Assembly: GCA_031422435.1 (NCBI GenBank)
Contig: JANPLU010000085.1
Coordinates: 1 to 40,134, forward strand
Length of the DNA stretch: 40,134 nucleotides
Direction: 5' to 3'
Source: Acaryochloridaceae cyanobacterium VAR_48_metabat_390
GTDB lineage: Bacteria; Cyanobacteriota; Cyanobacteriia; Thermosynechococcales; Thermosynechococcaceae
This document shows, piece by piece, positions 37,216 through 40,134 of this stretch; the first letter of the stretch is position 1, and each line of letters starts with the position of its first letter. A program made the position numbers and the translations under genes. The notes beneath the pieces were generated by a model that ran no database searches, was not told where the DNA came from, and was given only the letters and a program-made list of their open reading frames with translations.

Positions 37216-37272
37216 AGGGGCATAGGGGCATGATTTAAGGGCATGACAACTTTGTTAAAAAAACGATGCCCC
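37216..37272. promoter_or_regulatory. GGGCAT repeats; candidate arm-type integrase binding sites
   Basis: AGGGGCAT at 37216 and 37224, AAGGGCAT at 37237, inverted ATGCCCC at 37266. Confidence 0.55.
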
Positions 37273-38453
37273 AATTAACTGATACCCAGATAAGGCAAGC
37301 GAAAGGAAACGGCAAAGCACAACGGCTTTACGATACCCGTGGCCTCTATTTAGAGGTCAGTCCACCAGGGGGCAAGCTGTGGCGCTTCAAATACAGGTTT
37401 GGAGGGAAGGAAAAGCGGATCGGGGTTGGAAAATATCCTGACGTGTCGCTATCCCAGGCTAGAGATCGCCGCGATGAAGCTCGTAAGCTCTTAGCAGACG
37501 GCATCGACCCTAGTGTTCAGCGTCAGGCTCAAAAGGTAGCGGCTGAATTAACTTCTTCAAGCGGCTTTAATGTTGTATCGAAGGAATGGTTCAATAAATT
37601 CTCTAAAAATTGGTCTGCAGGTCACACCAAGGTTGTGGAGCGCCAACTAGAGAGGGATGTCTTACCGTGGTTGGGTGATCGCGTTATTGGGGAAATTACC
37701 GCAACTGAATTATTGGGGGTTATCCGCAAGATTGAGGATAGGGGTTCAATCAACACAGCCCATAGGGTGTTGAGCTTCTGTGGTCAGATCTTCAGGTATG
37801 CCGTGGTAACTGGACGAGCTGAGCGCGACCCATCGGCAGACTTGAAAGGGGCATTACCACCAGCTACAAAAAAACATTTTGCGGCCATTACTGACCCTAA
37901 GAAGGTAGGGGCGTTGCTAAGAATGTTAGATGCATACGAGGGCACCTTCGTGGTGCGGTGTGCCCTTCGCTTGACCCCGCTTGTATTTGTCCGTGCTAGT
38001 GAATTACGCCATGCTCGATGGTCAGAGATTGACCTTAAGAATTCCGAATGGCGTTATCTGGTCATCAAGACAAAGCTTGAACATGTTGTGCCATTGAGCC
38101 GTCAGGCCGTAGCCATCCTTAAGGAATTGCAGCCACTGACAGCCCATCGAGAATGGGTGTTTCCTAGTGGCTCTACTCCTATCAGGCCAATGAGTCAGAA
38201 TGCCGTACTTGCTGCACTTAGGGCACTGGGTATCGACAAAGAAGAAATGTCAGGCCACGGCTTTAGGGCAATGGCGAGAACGATTTTAGATGAGGTTCTG
38301 GGAGTGCGACCGGAACTAATAGAACAGCAGCTTGCCCATGTGGTTAAAGACCCATTAGGCAGGGCATACAACCGGACAAAGCATCTTGAGGAACGCCACA
38401 AGATGATGCAGTCGTGGGCTGATTATTTGGATAAATTAAAGGAAGGAAAATAA
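37266..38453 (+). CDS. P4-family tyrosine integrase, apparently intact
   Basis: Arm domain GLYLEVSPPGGKLWRFKYRFGGKEK...GKYPDVSLSQAR; catalytic FVRASE, HGFR, LAH, AYN. Confidence 0.95.
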   Translation: MPQLTDTQIRQAKGNGKAQRLYDTRGLYLEVSPPGGKLWRFKYRFGGKEKRIGVGKYPDVSLSQARDRRDEARKLLADGIDPSVQRQAQKVAAELTSSSGFNVVSKEWFNKFSKNWSAGHTKVVERQLERDVLPWLGDRVIGEITATELLGVIRKIEDRGSINTAHRVLSFCGQIFRYAVVTGRAERDPSADLKGALPPATKKHFAAITDPKKVGALLRMLDAYEGTFVVRCALRLTPLVFVRASELRHARWSEIDLKNSEWRYLVIKTKLEHVVPLSRQAVAILKELQPLTAHREWVFPSGSTPIRPMSQNAVLAALRALGIDKEEMSGHGFRAMARTILDEVLGVRPELIEQQLAHVVKDPLGRAYNRTKHLEERHKMMQSWADYLDKLKEGK

Positions 38454-39061
38454 TGTCTATTAATTGGGAGCTGTATGATCTGCTTGAAAGGTTTTGGTTA
38501 GTTGAAGCCGCTTGTTTATGGCTGGAAATTGAGCCGACAACACAAATAAAAGAAAATCCTCCACATGAAGTGATAAGGATAATGTCTTTTATGGAAGAAA
38601 AGCTATATGTTTATCGAGCTGGATGGGCTGCTCCATCAAAGCTCATAAAAACAGATGGTCATCCCCTACCTGTAGAGACTTGTCGCGTTCGTCATGGCAT
38701 AAATTATTCTCTAGAAGAAGCACGGAATCAAATTCCACTTGTCTTCAAATCTGATTTATTAAAACTGGCTCAAGAACTTGGGAAAAAGCCTAAGTTTCTG
38801 TTCCAAGAAGCTAGAGAGCAAGACGACGAAGGATGGAAGAAGGGAAAAATTGGTAAGCGGAGCTATCAAAAATTAATTAAAGTTCTGTGCCACTTCGAGG
38901 GCAAAATCGACCTTGAAGACATAAATGTTGTTTCCAAAATCAAGGCACTAGCAGAAAGAACTGGTAATAATATCTCAGATCCAATTATCCGAGGCATCTT
39001 GGATGAAGTAGACCCTTCAAGGCTGAATAGGTCTAACCGAAGAACTGGAAAAACGAAATAA
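38453..39061 (+). CDS. Hypothetical protein coupled to the integrase
   Basis: TAATG overlap with integrase stop; AT-rich. Confidence 0.7.
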   Translation: MSINWELYDLLERFWLVEAACLWLEIEPTTQIKENPPHEVIRIMSFMEEKLYVYRAGWAAPSKLIKTDGHPLPVETCRVRHGINYSLEEARNQIPLVFKSDLLKLAQELGKKPKFLFQEAREQDDEGWKKGKIGKRSYQKLIKVLCHFEGKIDLEDINVVSKIKALAERTGNNISDPIIRGILDEVDPSRLNRSNRRTGKTK

Positions 39062-39238
39062 GTGATTTTCGTTTCTATTGAATGCTGGCTTTAAGGAATC
39101 TCTAAAGCCTAGATACCTCATGCTTTTCAGCGATCTCAAAAAACGAAAAATTGCATTTTTCGATAAACCTTTAAAATTTTCGCCCGTTTCTTAAATAAAT
39201 CAGAGAGTATGTTTTTGTAGATTTTTGGAGGTTTAGAG

Positions 39239-39433
39239 ATGCCTGAAACTGGATTTTTAAGAATTTCAGACGTGCTGAGATTTATCCCCGTTAGCAAGTC
39301 GAGTTGGTGGGCTGGCGTAGCCGCAGGAAAATATCCTAAATCGATCAAGCTTGGCTCAAAAACGACTGTTTGGCGCGTAGAGGATATTCGGGCGCTGATT
39401 GAAAACGGCGTTTCTGAAAGGGGCGCGGCGTGA
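39239..39433 (+). CDS. alpA: AlpA family regulator/excisionase
   Basis: PETGFLRISDVLRFIPVSKSSWWAGVAAGKYPKSIKLGSKTTVWRVEDIRALI; GGAGG RBS. Confidence 0.92.
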   Translation: MPETGFLRISDVLRFIPVSKSSWWAGVAAGKYPKSIKLGSKTTVWRVEDIRALIENGVSERGAA

Positions 39434-39503
39434 TTAAGACTCAAAAAAATACCCAGTCGGTTCAGGACTGGGCAAAAAACGAAAAATCTCATAAGGACAT
39501 TTT

Positions 39504-39722
39504 ATGCGACTCAAAACCTTTTCACCACAAGCGATTTCGGTTCCTAGCCCTGAGTTTCAGCGCCTTATCGCTACTTTTCAAAGGATTGCGGCGATTGGCG
39601 ACCCGATAGAGCGAGATTTTGAACTAGGGCGCTCTGCCCGTGATCACGGCACCCCGCGCAGTGAGTTTCGCCGTTTGTTCTGGCAATGGGTTGAAACGCA
39701 AGTTTTAGGAGGTGCGGCGTGA
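39504..39722 (+). CDS. Small conserved protein preceding the primase; paralog of 1297..1509
   Basis: Alignable protein, same position, same GGAGGTGCGGCGTGA junction. Confidence 0.75.
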   Translation: MRLKTFSPQAISVPSPEFQRLIATFQRIAAIGDPIERDFELGRSARDHGTPRSEFRRLFWQWVETQVLGGAA

Positions 39723-40134
39723 TTGATCTCGCTCTAAAGCACCTCGGACTACTGGGATATAAAGACGGCGATCACCTCTATCTCCGAACGATCACTACTG
39801 ACGATAGGGCAAAAAAATTAGAGGCCACTTATCCCCGCCTGCCAAATTTGCCTACAGATCAGAACGTATACTGCGTGGTGAATGGCGGCGGTCATAGCGA
39901 TGCAGACGTTAACGTCTGCATCGCTATTTTCTGCGAGCATGACGATCTACCAAAACCTGTTCAGCGCGACCTGTGGAGGTCACTAGGACTGCCAGAGCCT
40001 ACGTTCCAAATAGATACAGGCGGCAAATCAGTCCATAGCTATTGGGTGTTTGACCAGCCGATAGGCGTTGATGAATGGCGATCGCTTCAGTCAGATTTCT
40101 TAGAGTTTGCCAATGCAGATCGCTCAATCAAGAA
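39719..40134 (+). CDS. RepB-type (AEP) primase N-terminus, partial at window end; paralog of 1506..4115 (not in ORF track)
   Basis: Open frame MIDLALKHLGLLGYKDGDHLYLR...CEHDD...DTGGKSVHSYWVFDQ...; gap-free alignment at offset 38213. Confidence 0.92.
   Translation, partial: MIDLALKHLGLLGYKDGDHLYLRTITTDDRAKKLEATYPRLPNLPTDQNVYCVVNGGGHSDADVNVCIAIFCEHDDLPKPVQRDLWRSLGLPEPTFQIDTGGKSVHSYWVFDQPIGVDEWRSLQSDFLEFANADRSIK

Larger units (their letters stand above)
37100..40134 (+). mobile_element. Satellite-like integrative element B (P4-family int, alpA, primase); continues beyond the window; left edge approximate
   Basis: Integrase-ORF-AlpA-small ORF-primase order; homology to island A. Confidence 0.85.

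Overview
Cyanobacterial chromosome segment, judged from abundant HIP1 GCGATCGC octamers and typical cyanobacterial genes. It has three parts. (1) 1-~13100 is a phage-satellite-like island abutting the 3' end of tRNA-Pro(GGG). It carries an excisionase-like HTH, a small conserved ORF, a RepB/AEP primase-PriCT-DUF3987 helicase with an 11-copy TAGTCCAT iteron cluster in its 3' end, several unknown genes, three consecutive and mutually unrelated terminase-small-subunit-like genes (no large terminase, portal or capsid recognised), cargo (MshEN-like protein, small leftward operon, RHH regulators) and a truncated integrase remnant beside the tRNA. (2) ~13200-37080 is ordinary host genes: rpoZ, phosphoketolase, purU, Rrf2-cysK, cobO, aspS, fmt, amino-acid ABC transporter, TolC, glycosyltransferases, rsmD, hisH, hrcA. 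(3) ~37100-end is a second, related element with a P4-family integrase, ORF, AlpA, the same small ORF family and a primase collinear with the first and identical to it over the last 119 bp of the window. The best candidate for an undescribed system is a cyanobacterial satellite family with a swappable integration module and a triple-TerS packaging cassette. All family assignments come from motif recognition by eye; no searches were run.
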